From positions 124,684,001 to 124,748,000 of the forward strand of contig NW_024704742.1 in the NCBI RefSeq assembly GCF_018977255.1: 64,000 nt of DNA. Reading direction: 5' to 3'. Below the pieces are notes generated by a model. That model had not been told where the DNA came from. It was given only the letters and a program-made list of their open reading frames with translations, and ran no database searches. Below, in pieces: positions 50,288 through 63,329 of this stretch. Position 1 is the stretch's first letter; every line of letters starts with the position of its first letter. The translations under genes were made by a program, and so were the position numbers. Source of the DNA: Callorhinchus milii (lineage: Eukaryota).

Positions 50288-51657
50288 CTATTAGAAAATA
50301 AAGACAAGATTATTGTAAATTGTGCAAAAAAAATTGTCAGCAAAATGTAGAACGATGTAGCAAAATGTAGCCACGCTTTCAGCCACTACACTCCGAAATT
50401 TAGGAATACTCTCTCTCAATCCCTCCGCCTACCCCCTCCTTCCCCATCTTCAGGTTACACCTGAAGAGCTTCCTCTTCGACCGTGCTCACAGTCACCTCC
50501 CACTTCCAGCAGGCTCGCCGTCGTTCTACACCATTGTCGAGCACTCTGGATGCTGCCTTGCTCGAAGGGTGCTATATAAATGCAAGTTGTTGTTATACGA
50601 TGCAAACCAAGACAGATTTCTGTCAATGACTTTGAGACAAGTTCATTTACAACTCTTAGAAAAGAGCTTCTAACATTAATTTAGGACTGAATTTCAGGGC
50701 ATTTCTAAAAGGTCTTATTCAATCTTAAATTTAATCTTAAATTTTAATACTATGGTCCTGAAATTCAGAGTATGGGGTAAGGGTAAGAGTGTGTAGTATT
50801 TCAAGCCTCTGGTACTTTTAACTCAACAAATGCTGTTCTGCTGTTCCTTTATTGCATATACATTACTAAAAAAGATAGACTATAATTACCCCGTTTACCC
50901 TCCGGAATCATGGAGGGGTGGGTGAGGGGGGCAATGGCAATGAAGTATTGGAATCGAGTTGATCTTCTATGGTGGCCTCAGTAGTCCAGTTCCTGAACCA
51001 ATTGATTTTACAGTACTCCAAGGGGCCACTGCTTACAGAGCAGTTGGTCTGGCTCATCAACAGGATTTGGAAGGACAAGCCAATCGCTGGGAGCAGGGAT
51101 TCTTCCCACTCAGCTCCCGTTAATCTATAAGGGTCCTAGCTGGACAAACAGGGAAGCTTGCAAGATAGTGCTCATAATGACAAGTAACTCAGTTTTCAAC
51201 AATAACAAACTGCATTTATATAGTGTGTTTCACATCAAGAGGAAGTCACAAAGTACTGGATAGTCGAGGGTTAGTACCTGAGCTGGGGGTTGGATTCAAG
51301 AGTAGTGAGGACCAAGAAGAGTGGACATGGGAAGATGACCAAAGGTGTGGGTGAAAAGGAAGTTCTTGAGATGGACCTTGAAGGAGACAAGTGAAGGGGC
51401 AAGACAANGGAGTTCCAGAGAGTGAGGGCAGAAAGGCTGAAGGCCCGATTGCTGATGGTTGACTCTTGCCAACCTGCACCTAATGTTCTCTGGAATTAGG
51501 TAAGTAGGGTGTGTTCCTCCAGGAAGAGAATGCACATTTCTATGCATATGGCATGCATATGGCAGACGTATATACAACTCCCAGTCGAGTTTGGATAGTC
51601 TTAAGCATGGTGCTAGCGTCCATATGTGTCAGATACTCAGCTGACAAATAAAATTAC

Positions 51658-51765
51658 CTCATTGGTCCTGATGAGATCCTCCTGTACTGGCAGAGGTCTG
51701 TGAGGGTTTGTGGGACTTATCTTCAGAGGATCTACAAAATGTCCAGCTTCACACGTCACATTATT
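51658..51765 (-). CDS. ITGA1: Integrin alpha-1-like exon (NNVTCEAGHFVDPLKISPTNPHRPLPVQEDLIRTNE)
   Basis: gacag acceptor, gtaatt donor, 108 nt. Contains the C.....DPL.I motif. Confidence 0.88.
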
Positions 51766-52365
51766 CTGTCAGATGGGAAGCAGATACAAATATATTTTTC
51801 AGTCAGCTATAGATCAATTTCATATGCAGAGACTGGATCTCTTTGGAATACTCAGCACTGAAAAATCCCATGTGAAACCATGACAACTTTGCCTCTGTAA
51901 ATACAAAATGTCCAGTATCCAAATTTGTTCTCTATTACAATGAACTCAGAATTACTGAATTACTGATTAATATATTGTGTAAGTGGGCATCTGCACGACT
52001 GTATCTGCATCTTATTAAGTCATAACAATGCTTCTTGAACTCTAGGATTTGTTTTAAGACTGGCCTAGTCAAATGGGATGAAATCTTCTTTCTTGGACAC
52101 TTAAACATCACAGATGTGTAACAGATCATAAATAAAATGACCTTCAACAACCTTAGTCTAGTTCACACCGAACGTCTCATAATTCACAAGGAGAGATGCT
52201 ATGAAAAATGGAAATGATACACTGGTCAAACAGGGTGAGATTAGGGTTGAGGCATATCAATAAGTTTATAAAAGGACTAGTCTTATAACCGAAAGACTTG
52301 CAATGTGAATTATGTACTGTGCACTTTTCAACAAATGTACTGTAGGCAATAAAAGGCTAACTTAC

Positions 52366-52476
52366 TGAGTGAGTTATGCCCGTCAAGTATAGAAGGGTAT
52401 TGTTTGCAGGAGACAAATTCGGGAATGTTAAGGTCATTCGAAGAAGCTGGATTTTGAAAGGACCATCATTGTGGAC
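52366..52476 (-). CDS. ITGA1: Integrin alpha-1-like exon (VHNDGPFKIQLLRMTLTFPNLSPANNTLLYLTGITHS)
   Basis: gagtag acceptor, gtaagt donor, 111 nt, phase 0/0. Contains the FPN....N.LLY.TG motif. Confidence 0.9.
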
Positions 52477-52611
52477 CTACTCGTAAAACAAAAAGAGAAA
52501 GGATTATTACAATTCAGTCTTATCAGATATAGTTTTAGACAGGGATGTTCCTCAAACTTGATTACAGACACAGACCCCAATTAATTCCACCTTTTTGTCT
52601 TAAAATGCAAG

Positions 52612-52996
52612 ATAATAATATTCCTTCCATTTGATATAGCGCCTTATCACATCTTTGAGACATCTCAAAGCGCTTTACAGAACATATTGTAAAGTGAATT
52701 GACTGTATATTTTGTGGGCCAAATGCGGTAGCCATTTGCGCAAGCAGTGACTCACAGACAACCATGGATTGAGTGACCAAATTATTAGTATTATTCATTT
52801 ATTTTTTGAAGGGATTATTACCCCTGGAAAAGCAATTCACCAATCGACAAACAAACATGTTCCTACTTACTATTAGGTAAACAGAGGTGTGTGGAGTAAG
52901 GAAAACTTGCCTAAGTTTTCACTCTACCCGGGAATCGAACCCGGCTCCTCTGGCTTGCAAGGCGAGTGCTCTAACCACTACGCTACAGGACTCCAA
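52612..52996 (-). mobile_element. tRNA-SINE, long subtype
   Basis: Family match. Confidence 0.88.
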
Positions 52997-53994
52997 GATG
53001 ATGCAGAATTGAAGAAGGTTCTCAAATTTGGCCTTAATTTCATTTTCGTAAAGCAACCTTGAGACATTCTGTCTGTGTCTATCTATCTGCCTTCAGGTCG
53101 TGCAGTAAAACCTAACTCTTTTTTAGACTTCGCCTATCATCACCTCGCCCTTCGCCTCCGCTTGATGCCTATCCCCTCATGGTAAAGTGCTCCCAGATAT
53201 TATTATATGCAAGTGTTGCTGCCCTCCCAATGTGAAAGGTGCAATATAAATTTGAAACAATTACTGTTGTAGGAGGGAGAGTGGACAAATATTCTCTGAG
53301 AAAAAATAAAACAATGTTTGGTATGCATGCTGGCACATTGCCCTGGAGGAAGGCAGAGAGGTTTAACGATTTATAGCAACTTGTATGGCCTGGTACAATT
53401 GGTAGCACCTTGGCTCTGAGAAGGTTGTGGTTCAAGTCCCACATTGGTGCTTTCAACTCATATAGTGTAGGCTGACACTCTAGTGCAGTGTTGTCTGCCT
53501 ATTCAGGTGGGCAATAAAAATCCCATGGCACTATTTGAAAAGGGAAGGAAGATTCTCCTGGTGATCTGGCAACAATCCCCCAGATAAAACTGCTGATTCA
53601 TTTCAAAGCTGTCTACGGGACATTGCTGCGTGCACATTCACCCAAAAATACACAGTCACATCCAATGTTTCCTGTAAAACATTTTTGAGACATCCACTGG
53701 ATATAATATCAAATATACAACAACAACAAAATTGCATTTGTATCGTACCTTTCATATGTGAGCTGTCCATAAATAATTGCAGAGTGAGACAATTTGCCCA
53801 CATCCTCTTGCTACTTGTCTGCTGTTCAAATTGGTCTGAGCCAGCCAGTTTGTTAAATGAATGATCAAACAGTTCTTAACGGCTCATGTGACAGCTGTAA
53901 TTGGGAGGAGAATGCCCCAAATGCTCGCATCTTTGATTATTTATTTTCTTCGTTGAAATAAAATACTAATCAAGAGGTTTGTTTTGTTACTTAC

Positions 53995-54097
53995 CATGTA
54001 GCTGATTTCCACTGCATCGCCGATTTCCTGAATACTACTGATAACATTGGAAATTGTGTCATTGGCTGCTATCTTAAAGTGATCATCTTTTATTGTC
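53995..54097 (-). CDS. ITGA1: Integrin alpha-1-like exon (TIKDDHFKIAANDTISNVISSIQEIGDAVEISYM)
   Basis: ctgcag acceptor, gtaagt donor, 103 nt. IAAN.T motif as in ITGA1 calf-2. Confidence 0.92.
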
Positions 54098-54151
54098 CTG
54101 CAGGTGGAAATTTGAAGCAAGTGTTAGGCTAAGTATAATAAGTGGCAGAAT

Positions 54152-54520
54152 ATAATAATAAACCTTGCATTTGATATAACGCTTTATCACGTCTTTGAGC
54201 TGTCTCAAAGCACTTCATAGAGTACACTTTAAAGTGAATTGATTGTATATTTTGTGGTCAAAGTGTGTCAGCCAATTGCACACAGCAGTGTCCCACAAAC
54301 AGTCGTGGATTTAGTGACCAAAGTAATTTTTTTGAAGGAATTATTCTCCCCAGAAAAGTGATCTGCCAATTGACCAACAACCGGGTTCCTACCTACTGCT
54401 AGGTAAACAGAGGAATGTGGAGTAAAGAAACTTGCTCAACGTTTCACACTGCTGGGAATCGAACTCAGGTCCTCTCGCTTGCAAGATGAGTAGTCTAACC
54501 ACTGAGCTGCGGAATGCCAC
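54152..54520 (-). mobile_element. tRNA-SINE, long subtype
   Basis: Family match; lies ~55 nt from an ITGA1 acceptor. Confidence 0.88.
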
Positions 54521-54709
54521 AGTAGTTTATGATCAAAAATAAAGTTCCAAGAAGTACCGCAGGTGATTATGTGGGGGGAGGATGGAGAAGCTATTAGATT
54601 AAGTTTGCTTGGTTTCATACTCAGTGGTCAGATTGGCTTCAAATTCATGAGAAAGTTCAATGATTGTAAAATTGCTGAGAAACATCAGAATCCACAACTG
54701 TTAAGATGG

Positions 54710-55022
54710 ATAATAATAATAATAATCCTTGCATTTGATATAGCGCTTTTCACGTCTTCTAGATGTCTCAAAGCGTTTCACAGAATATGCTGTAAAGTGA
54801 ATTGACTGTATATGTGTGGGCGAAAAGCGGCAGCCAATTGCGCACAGCAGTGTCCCACAAACAGTCATGGATTGAAAGTGACCAATTTATTATTGTTTTG
54901 TTTTGGAGGGATTATTATTAGTCGTGTGGAGTAAGGAAACTTGCCGTTTCGCCGTGCCTGAAATTGAACCCAGGTGTTTCGCTTGCAAGGCGAGTGCTCT
55001 AACTACTGAGCTACAGGACTTC
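54710..55022 (-). mobile_element. tRNA-SINE, short subtype (TAGAA loop)
   Basis: Family match. Confidence 0.9.
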
Positions 55023-55399
55023 TCAGCAATGTATAATGACATTGCTGAGAAATGCCAGCAATCTTAAAGTGCCTATTAATTAATGTTTGACATGCGAGTT
55101 ACACTCTCATCCACGGAATCAAACAGTAGCTGACACTATTCTGAGTTGTGGCTAGTCTTACACTTTACCATAGAACCATAAAAGTTTACAATGCAGAAGA
55201 AAGCCATTCCATCATGTCTGTGCTGCCTCTTGATTTGTAACAAATAAAAGTCCACATAGCCTGTGATGGATCTTCCTTGCTTGCTTTCCTGGTCAATAAC
55301 ATAGCCTCGGCAGATGATGAAACGTAACTGCGGATGATCTTTTAATATTATAAATACACCCCCCCCCAGTTCCACAAGGCCTACTGGTCCCAACACTCA

Positions 55400-56280
55400 G
55401 AAACAAATCTTTTTTCGCTCATTCACATCCCCACCCTTCCTGTCAATCCTCCTCCTCCCACATTCCCCTTGTCCTGCAAACCTCTCTACTGTATATCTCC
55501 TCCACATCGCCATGCAGAATATCTGCTCTTTCTCCAACAAACTCTCACCGTCCACTGCCTCATCCTTGACAAAAACATTGACATCTTTGTTCTCATTGAA
55601 ACCTGTATCACCCCCCGTAACATCTTCTCCCCTCACTGAGACTAATCCACCCAGTTACACCTTCCATCATATCATACCCGATGAACCAACCATGATTATG
55701 TTGACATGGCTCTCAACTCCAGGTCTCCAGTCGAGTGACTCCTACTCCTACTCCTCCAGAACCATCTCCTCCTCTGAACAACTCACCCTTTACCATACCA
55801 TGGGGCCTCACCATCTTGGACAGCACCATCACCGATAAAGCTTTCTCGGACCTTTACTTCAATTTGCTCAACTCTTCCATTCCTCTCCCTAACACCCAAT
55901 CCACTGGCTCCCCATCCCCCAGAGAATTGAGTTCAAGATCCTAGTCCTCACTTTTAAATCCCTCCACGGTCTTGCCCCGACCTATTTGTGTGACCTTCTA
56001 AAACTCTACCAACCTGATCACTCCCTCCTTTCGGCAAGCAATTGGCCTACTTCACGACCCCCTGTGCCCACTCCACCAGTGGGGGTAAGGCTTTTTGCCC
56101 CCACGCTCTTGAGACAGATCTTTAAGGAGGGGTCTTTAAGGTCCATCTCAAGACCTTTATCTTTGACCATGAGCTTGGTCATTCAACCCTCAGCTCGGGT
56201 ACAAACACTCGATTGACTGGCGCCTTGGGACGTCCTCCCTTTGTGGAAGGTGCTATATAAATGTAATTTGTCGTTGTAGT
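55400..56280 (+). mobile_element. Internally deleted L2: APE endonuclease remnant joined to the 3' end
   Basis: HIAMQNICSFSNK...IDIFVLIET...PPSYTFHH remnants followed by HWLPIPQRIEFKIL and an L2 tail. Confidence 0.65.
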
Positions 56281-56292
56281 TGTGAGCATTAC

Positions 56293-56382
56293 CTTGAAAA
56301 CAGCAGTCCAGCTTCATACTGTACTGGAATGGAGATGGTAACTTTATTATCGCCCAAGGTTTCACTCCGCTCTTCACTGTCA
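56293..56382 (-). CDS. ITGA1: Integrin alpha-1-like exon (DSEERSETLGDNKVTISIPVQYEAGLLFSR)
   Basis: ttccag acceptor, gtaatg donor, 90 nt. Contains the DSEE...TL.DN...ISIPV.YE.GL motif. Confidence 0.93.
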
Positions 56383-58027
56383 CTGGAATGTTAAACGCAT
56401 AATTTATATTAAGCAAAGTTGTCTACAAAATACTCAGTCACTACACTTTACAGTAACTTGTACAAAGTGTTTTGAGATATGCTCCTGACGTGAAAGGTGC
56501 TATACTGAATGCACAGGTTGTTATTAGTATTGTCTTATGTGGAGTGTCATTACAGAACAGCTCTGCTGATTTGAACAGTCTGGAGTTTGATCCTATCTGT
56601 TACCTCAGCAAAGTTCAATTCATGAAAGGACGGTAAAATTGTAAGGTATTTGGATCCATTTCCAGATTCGGATAACCGTTCAAGACAGTCCTTTTTTTAG
56701 ATCTAAGATGTTTCTCCAGTTCTTAGGTTAGATTACAGCCTGACAGGCAGTTCATTGTGGGGTGTAATGTTATTTTCGCAGATTTATCGAGTATAACTTC
56801 AGAGTTAGTTCACTGTAAATTACACAGCTTATGGGCTTTATTCATGGTTATTCTTCAGTATTGGATCAACGTGTTTGAACTTGTGTTTTAAATTGCAGCT
56901 TTGGTCTGCCATTCTAAGATGGTTATTACGTTTCATTAAATTCTGGGTTAAAGCTTGCGATTGTTTGGAACCATTCCCTGGGTTAGTTTACCACAGGGTG
57001 AGAGACCACCAGGTTAAAAGAATTTCCCTTATAATCAAACAGGCCGGAGACTTCAGAGATTCCATCAGTTAAATGTTAACTCCCCTCACATCCCTCCCTG
57101 GCCTGGATGCCTAGTCAGATGTGCAAGGCACTTTGAGATGGTTTCCTGACGTGAAAGGTGCTATAAAACAACAACAACAAATTACATTTGTATAGCACTT
57201 TAAACATCAGGAGGAGTCCTAAGGCGCTGGACAGCCAGGAATCCACACCCGAGCTGGTGTTTGCGATCAGGAGGGATGGAGGGCAGAGAGGGTAGGGGTA
57301 GGAGAGTGACCGAAGGCATGGTTGAAGAGGAGGATCTTGAGACAGCTCTTGAAGGAGGGAAGGGAGGGGCCGAGGTATTCTATTGCATTTCTGGCCAGGG
57401 AGAACACAGATTTTGAGTCCTAGAATCCTAGAAAATAAATATTAAGCATAAAAAGAGAAGCCTCTCAGGGATACAGTACACTCCTCCTTCATACAGTAGC
57501 TATGGCTAAGAGCCTGGTTGAACTGCTCCCTGGTGGTGGGATCCTTAGTTGCCATGTTCTGTTTGCTTGCCATGAGCTGACTGACTGAACCATGGTCCAT
57601 TTACTGGTCAGTGCAATCTGAAAAATACCTTGCTCATAGGATGTGGGGACACAAATGATCCCATACAATACAAAGCAAAAACTTTTTTTTCGAGGTGGGT
57701 GGGGAGAGTGGGTGGGGGAGGAAGTAAATACAGCAGCAACGTACAGCTACTGGAATCTCAACCTTGGAAATGTTCTATTGGTGCATTAGAGGACGCTCTT
57801 CTCGGGTTGGAAATAATACTCAATTTTTATTTGGCCGTGAGGAGAGGGTTTGGAGAAGAGGCAGTGTTACTCTGCATTTAACTGTGCTGTGCCTAACCTT
57901 GGAGTGCTTGATGCTGACACTGTGTACTCAAAAGAAAAAATGTTCCATTTGCCATTGCTGTCATGTCTCCCAATGAAAAGCAAATCATTAACAAAACAGC
58001 AAGTCTCTTAAAAATTCCTAAACGTAC

Positions 58028-58104
58028 CTTGTTGCCTCCAGGTATAAATTGACCTTGCCGTGGAGATGAGAGGTAACAAATTCAAACTTCATCTTAAAGG
58101 AACC
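58028..58104 (-). CDS. ITGA1: Integrin alpha-1-like exon (GSFKMKFEFVTSHLHGKVNLYLEATS)
   Basis: gtcag acceptor, AG|gtacgt donor, 77 nt, phase 0/2. Confidence 0.9.
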
Positions 58105-59187
58105 CTGACAACATGACACAAGGCACAAGATGAATAGCATGGATAGGCTAGGAATTCTGCATAACCTTAAATTTTAAGACAAAATGAACCTAAATGTTAA
58201 AACTATACAGAAACTTGGGTCTAGGGAAGATATAAATATGCTCGCCGGTTTCCGATTTTAATCAGTAAAAATAATTGTTTTTTTCCAACTTTCTCCAAAC
58301 CAAAGAAAACAAATTTGCTTCATTAAACGTTTTGCACTTCAAGGTTATAATAACAATAGGAAATGATGTTGGTGGTTGCCTGTGACCTGGAAGGTGGCCA
58401 TTTTGCAGTCAAAATGTTCGCTAAAATATGAAAAAAAAGCTAAATAAACATTGATATTATCTGGCAAAAATTTTAAATAATCAAAATTGAAAACCAGCAA
58501 ACCTACATGTGAACAAATGCACCACTGAACTATGTAGCTGCTATTTATAAATCTGTCATATACTATCATGTTATAGTCGTTGTTTAATGAGAAATATGTA
58601 CTACAGCTAAGCCTAAGCAGTCATTATGTTCGGAACTGTGTGAGTGTATGTCATTCACAAAATGACATAATTAAATAAATTACAGTAGAATGGTAACTAA
58701 GCCAACGTTTTGTGCTGATGTCTTCAGTCTGTATACTTACTTAGTTTGTAGTTGAAAAGATTGAATACAGTTTTTGTAGTGTTACAATGTGGATTTAGAA
58801 ATTTTTTTTAGTTACATTTTAGTACATGGGGTTTCAGTTACATTTCTCCCTGCAACCTACTGGTGTTTATGCTTGAAAAATCAGGAGAGTTAGAGTCGGA
58901 ATTTAGTAATGGATCTATTAATATTGAATGCAGGCCGGAGGACAAATGTTCAATGACTTATCAATATGTTATTGCAGCCATATTGTTGCAAGCCGGTGTG
59001 TCTGATAACTAAATATTAGATATCTAAAAAAGGAAGTAAACTCCAGGGGAATGGGAAAAACACAAATAAATTAGACTGAAAAGATTGCGCCGTAAAAGGG
59101 GTAGAACAGACACTATTGGCTGAGTGGCCTTCTTCAGTGCAGTAAATTACTATGGTTCTAAAGACCTCAAAATGGAATGAAACCTAC

Positions 59188-59268
59188 CTCATCTCCTGGG
59201 GTGAGAAAGGGATATCCCACTCTACAGGTGACGTTGTTTGATCTAGACAGCTTGCAATCACCGTTGGG
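59188..59268 (-). CDS. ITGA1: Integrin alpha-1-like exon (PNGDCKLSRSNNVTCRVGYPFLTPGDE)
   Basis: caaag acceptor, gtaggt donor, 81 nt. Contains the C.VGYPFL motif. Confidence 0.92.
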
Positions 59269-60519
59269 CTTTGAAAAGAATATAAAAGCGTTGTTGAAAA
59301 CTTCGCAGATTTGTTAACACGATAGTTACATTCATCATTCCTTTGGATGAGATGTTAAACCGACATCCCATCTTCCTTGTTGTTAAAATCCCTTTCTCTG
59401 TGATCTCTTACCCCACTCTCTCTCACCCTCCCCACTCAGTAAACTTGAGCCTGCTGCAGGATCCTATCCCTCTGCACCATTGATGGCTGAGCCTTCAGCA
59501 ATTACCCCTCCTAGAAATCACTCCTTCCTCCCTTCCATCTCAACCTCTCTCTGTCTACCTTTAAATCCCACCTATAAACCTACCTGTTCAACCACACCTA
59601 CCGTCACCTCCACTCCCCCCTTCATACAATTTCTGTGAAGCTCACTGTCACGTTATCCTATGTGAAATGCACTGCATAAATTACAAGTTGTTGTTGTAAT
59701 TAAACATACATACTCTTTCCTGCATTCCAATGCATTGGCATCACGCTGACAGAAACACTGCTAACTTTTGGGTAATACAACAACAACAACAAATTACATT
59801 TGAATAGAGCCTTTGACTTCAGAAGGACATCTCAGGGCACTGGATAGTCAGGGATTTGGGTCCAAGCTGGAGGTTGGAATCAGGAGGAGTGGAGAGCAGG
59901 GAGGATTGGGGTAGGAGGGTGACCGAAGGCGCAGTCAAAGATGAGGGTCTTGGGACAGGTCTTGAAGAAGGAAAGGGAGAGGGTGAGGCAAAGGGACTGT
60001 GGGCTGAAATTCCAAAGGGTGGGGGCAGAGAGGTTGAAGGCCCAACCACCGATAATGGGGCAGACAGGGCAGGTAACATGGAGCAGGCTAATTCAGATCT
60101 AAGTTGCTCAGCTGTCATGTGTGGAGAATATCAGTTCTACTGCCTTTCCTTAAGAAAATCAAACTCATTCTTAGATAAATCCAGGGTCAAGGCCTCAACT
60201 GCCTAGTAACTATTCCACGTGCTAACCTTTGTGTGAAGGGCCTTTAATAACGCTGAACCTGTAATCTATTGTGTTGCTACTTTGGCGTATATCAAAGTAG
60301 TTAGAAAAGCTTTGGCATTTTCATCTTCACTGACAAATACAAAGTCAGTACAATTTACACTAAATCTTATGAAGAACTTTGATACATTTCAACAAAGCGA
60401 TAAGATGCCGTATCAAATGCAACAATTATTATTGTTAATATGATTATTATTTTATGTTGTTTGTCCAATTACGTTTAGACATTCTGTAGATACGAAATGA
60501 CTCACTGGTATGTCCTTAC

Positions 60520-60655
60520 CCCAACTCCAGTGAAATTGATGTTTTTTGAGTATGTCACCACTATCCTTGGGTTATAAGCATTTTCCTTTTCATTTTTTAA
60601 TGTAATGGCCAGACTGAATTTTCTCTGATCTTGATGCACGATGTAAGGATTTAAG
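60520..60655 (-). CDS. ITGA1: Integrin alpha-1-like exon (LNPYIVHQDQRKFSLAITLKNEKENAYNPRIVVTYSKNINFTGVG)
   Basis: ttgcag acceptor, gtaagg donor, 136 nt. Contains the calf-1 N..E.AYN motif. Confidence 0.92.
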
Positions 60656-60755
60656 CTGCAAACATTAATTTCAGGTCAACGTTTTACCCTTGCAGAGTGA
60701 AAATAACAAGTGTTAACTATTTGTCTCAGAATTTTAAGCGATAAAAGCATATTAC

Positions 60756-60841
60756 CCGTTAAACATTAAGTCCGTCTCAGCCTTAAGTATCAAGTCATTG
60801 ATACATTTCTCATCTTCTCCACAATTCTTTCTAAAAAAGAC
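60756..60841 (-). CDS. ITGA1: Integrin alpha-1-like exon (VFFRKNCGEDEKCINDLILKAETDLMFNG), genu region
   Basis: ccccag acceptor, GG|gtaata donor, 86 nt. Contains the CG.D..C..DL genu motif. Confidence 0.92.
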
Positions 60842-61547
60842 CTGGGGGAAGACATTGGTAATGCAATTTAAAAATGCTGTAGAGAATTAAGCCCACAACC
60901 ATTGAAGACATAAGCATGGGGGAACTTCATTATAGTCAGCATTCAGCTGCGTTCAACGTTTCACCTATGAGTTGAGCACAAAAAATGGCTGAAAAAAATT
61001 TTCAGAAAAAAAATTAAAGCACAAAAAATTAAACCAAGGTCTCGTCTACTTATTTAAGTAAAGGTTAAAGATTCTTCTGTATGATTCAAAAGAAAGGGCG
61101 TTTCTCCTGTTGTCTATGTGCAAAATTGACTGGCACGTTTACCTACAAACACAGTCACTGCACTATTCAGTTAGTCCTGTGAAACATTTTATGTTTCAAT
61201 GGCATGATCAGGCACTGTATCAAATTCAAAGGTTATTATTATAACATTTAAAAGGGATAGAAGTTATATATAAAGTACTTCTCCCTCCCCCGCAGTGCTG
61301 TTTTCCATTAAAGCTTCACTTTTAGTGGCTTCTTTTCAAAATCAACAACAGCAATAAATTGTATTTGTATAGCGCCTTTCAGGATTTGGACCCGAGGAGA
61401 GGGTTGGGATAACAACTACGAATTACATTTGAAGTAATGTCAGAACAATGTTTTGATAGAATGCCTTGGAAATAACTATTAATGTCTTTAATGTTTTGTC
61501 TTTAACAATATTCTGTGAGTTTAAAGCTTTGTGGAATATTTAATTAC

Positions 61548-61658
61548 CAGATCCCTTGCGTTGCTTGGTAGGGAAGCATCTAGGACAGGTCCTTTATCTG
61601 GATCTACCATTACAAACTCCACCAGAATCTCCACTGGATTTAGAAAATCTGGCGTTTC
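61548..61658 (-). CDS. ITGA1: Integrin alpha-1-like exon (ETPDFLNPVEILVEFVMVDPDKGPVLDASLPSNARDL)
   Basis: ttcag acceptor, gtaatt donor, 111 nt, phase 0/0. Contains the GPVLD motif. Confidence 0.92.
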
Positions 61659-61709
61659 CTGAAGAGCAGACATGTAACAAGACATTAACATTTAATAGAC
61701 CCATGTGCA

Positions 61710-62770
61710 TTAACAACAACAGCAACAAATTACATTTGTATAGCGCCTTTCACGTGAGTTGGACGTTCTAAGGTGCTGGACAGTCAGGGATCTGCATCCG
61801 AGCTGGTGGTTGGGATCAAAAGGGGTGGAGAGCCGGGAGGGTAGGGGTAGGAAAGTGACCGAAGGCACGGTCAAAGAGGAGGGTATTGAGACGGCTCTTC
61901 ATAGAAGCGAGGGAGGGGGCGAGGCCAAGGGATTGTGGGATGGAATTCCAGAGGATGGGGCACAGAGGCTGAAGGTCCATCCACCTTTGGTGGGATGGGC
62001 AAGGCGGGGGATGTAAAGCAGGCTGGAGCCCGCTGAGCGGATAGGTTGGTAGCGGGTCACAGAGGTAGTGAGGAGCAAGGCCATGGAGGGCCTTGAAGGT
62101 AAGGACCAGGATCTTAAACTGTATACTCTGAGTGATGAGTGAGCTAGTGGAGTCGGGTGAGGATAGAGTCACAGAGCCTGGTGCGGAAGAGAACATGGGC
62201 TGTAGAGTTCTGGATGATCTGCAGCCTGTGGAGGGAGGAGTTGGGGAGGCCGACAAGGAGGGAGTTTGTGCAGTCAAGCCTCGATGTGATGAACATGTGA
62301 ATGAGGGTCTAGGCAGCCTGCATTGAGAAACAGTGACGGAGACGGGCAATGTTGCGGAGGTGGGAAAAGGTGGTGAGGGTCATGCCCAGATGTGGGGGAT
62401 GAAGGACAATTGAGGATTGAACAGGACGCCAAGGTTCTGTGTTGGCTGCGTGAAGTGTAGAGTGCATCCATGAAGGGCGATGCTGTCAGTGCTCGAGATA
62501 TGGAGGTGCTGATGGGAGCTAAGGAGGAGGACCTTGTTCTTGTTGACATTCAATTAGAGAAAGTTAGCTTTCATCCAGGACTTTAGCTTTCATCCAGGAT
62601 GTCCGAGAGGCAGTCTGTGAGGACAGCAGTGGTCCTGGAGTCAATGGTATAGGCGGAGAATTGGTTGTCATCCGTATACATGTGGAACTTGACCCCATGT
62701 GTACGGGTGATTTCACCAAGAGGGAGTATGTTGAAAAGGAGAGGACAGAACCCTGAGGGATGTCACACGT
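61710..62770 (-). mobile_element. L2 LINE 3' part, degraded
   Basis: From PQGSVL through the RT C-terminus to the tail. Confidence 0.9.
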
Positions 62771-62920
62771 CCCATTACATCCCACCTGTGGCTATTCAGC
62801 GATTTCTATTGGACAACACTGCTTTAGGCCTAGGTTACACTTTTAAAACAAAACATGCAACTTCTAGGCCCTCGTAGTGGTAGGTCTGATCCTTTAGACT
62901 CATTTTCCTGATTTACTTGC

Positions 62921-63057
62921 CAACATGTAGAAGAGATGTTTTGTACAGTGAGAAGAAAACACAGTGACATTTCTTTGGATCTTCCTTTCATGAGTTTCAT
63001 TAAATAGTCCCCTGGACACACGCCTTGCAGAGTCTATTGTTGTGTTATATTCAAGAG
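62921..63057 (-). CDS. ITGA1: Integrin alpha-1-like exon (LEYNTTIDSARRVSRGLFNETHERKIQRNVTVFSSHCTKHLFYML), GC donor
   Basis: ttgcag acceptor, 137 nt open frame, donor TTG|gcaagt. Resembles the ITGA1 thigh segment ERKVQRNITV...CTKHSFYML. Confidence 0.9.
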
Positions 63058-63329
63058 CTGCAATAAAACAGATAATATGTATTGAATTAATTTGGCATCA
63101 AAATTCTGGAATTCCTAAACGCGTTGTTTGATTTCCCTGGTGAGAAATAAAGAATGAATAGGTTTAGGAACACAGGGCAACTTTGTTATAACGTAGTGTC
63201 TCTGATCCAAAAAGTTAGACACAGGGTTATAATGGTCCATGAAAACAAATGGCCACCAGTCTCCCTTCCGGGGATCATCGAAGCCGCTTCTCCTCTGACT
63301 TCTCCTCCAGCCCCCCGCACCATTTTGTG

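Noticed and set aside
51408..51408. Single N base
   Set aside because: Assembly ambiguity inside an L2 fragment; no biological meaning.
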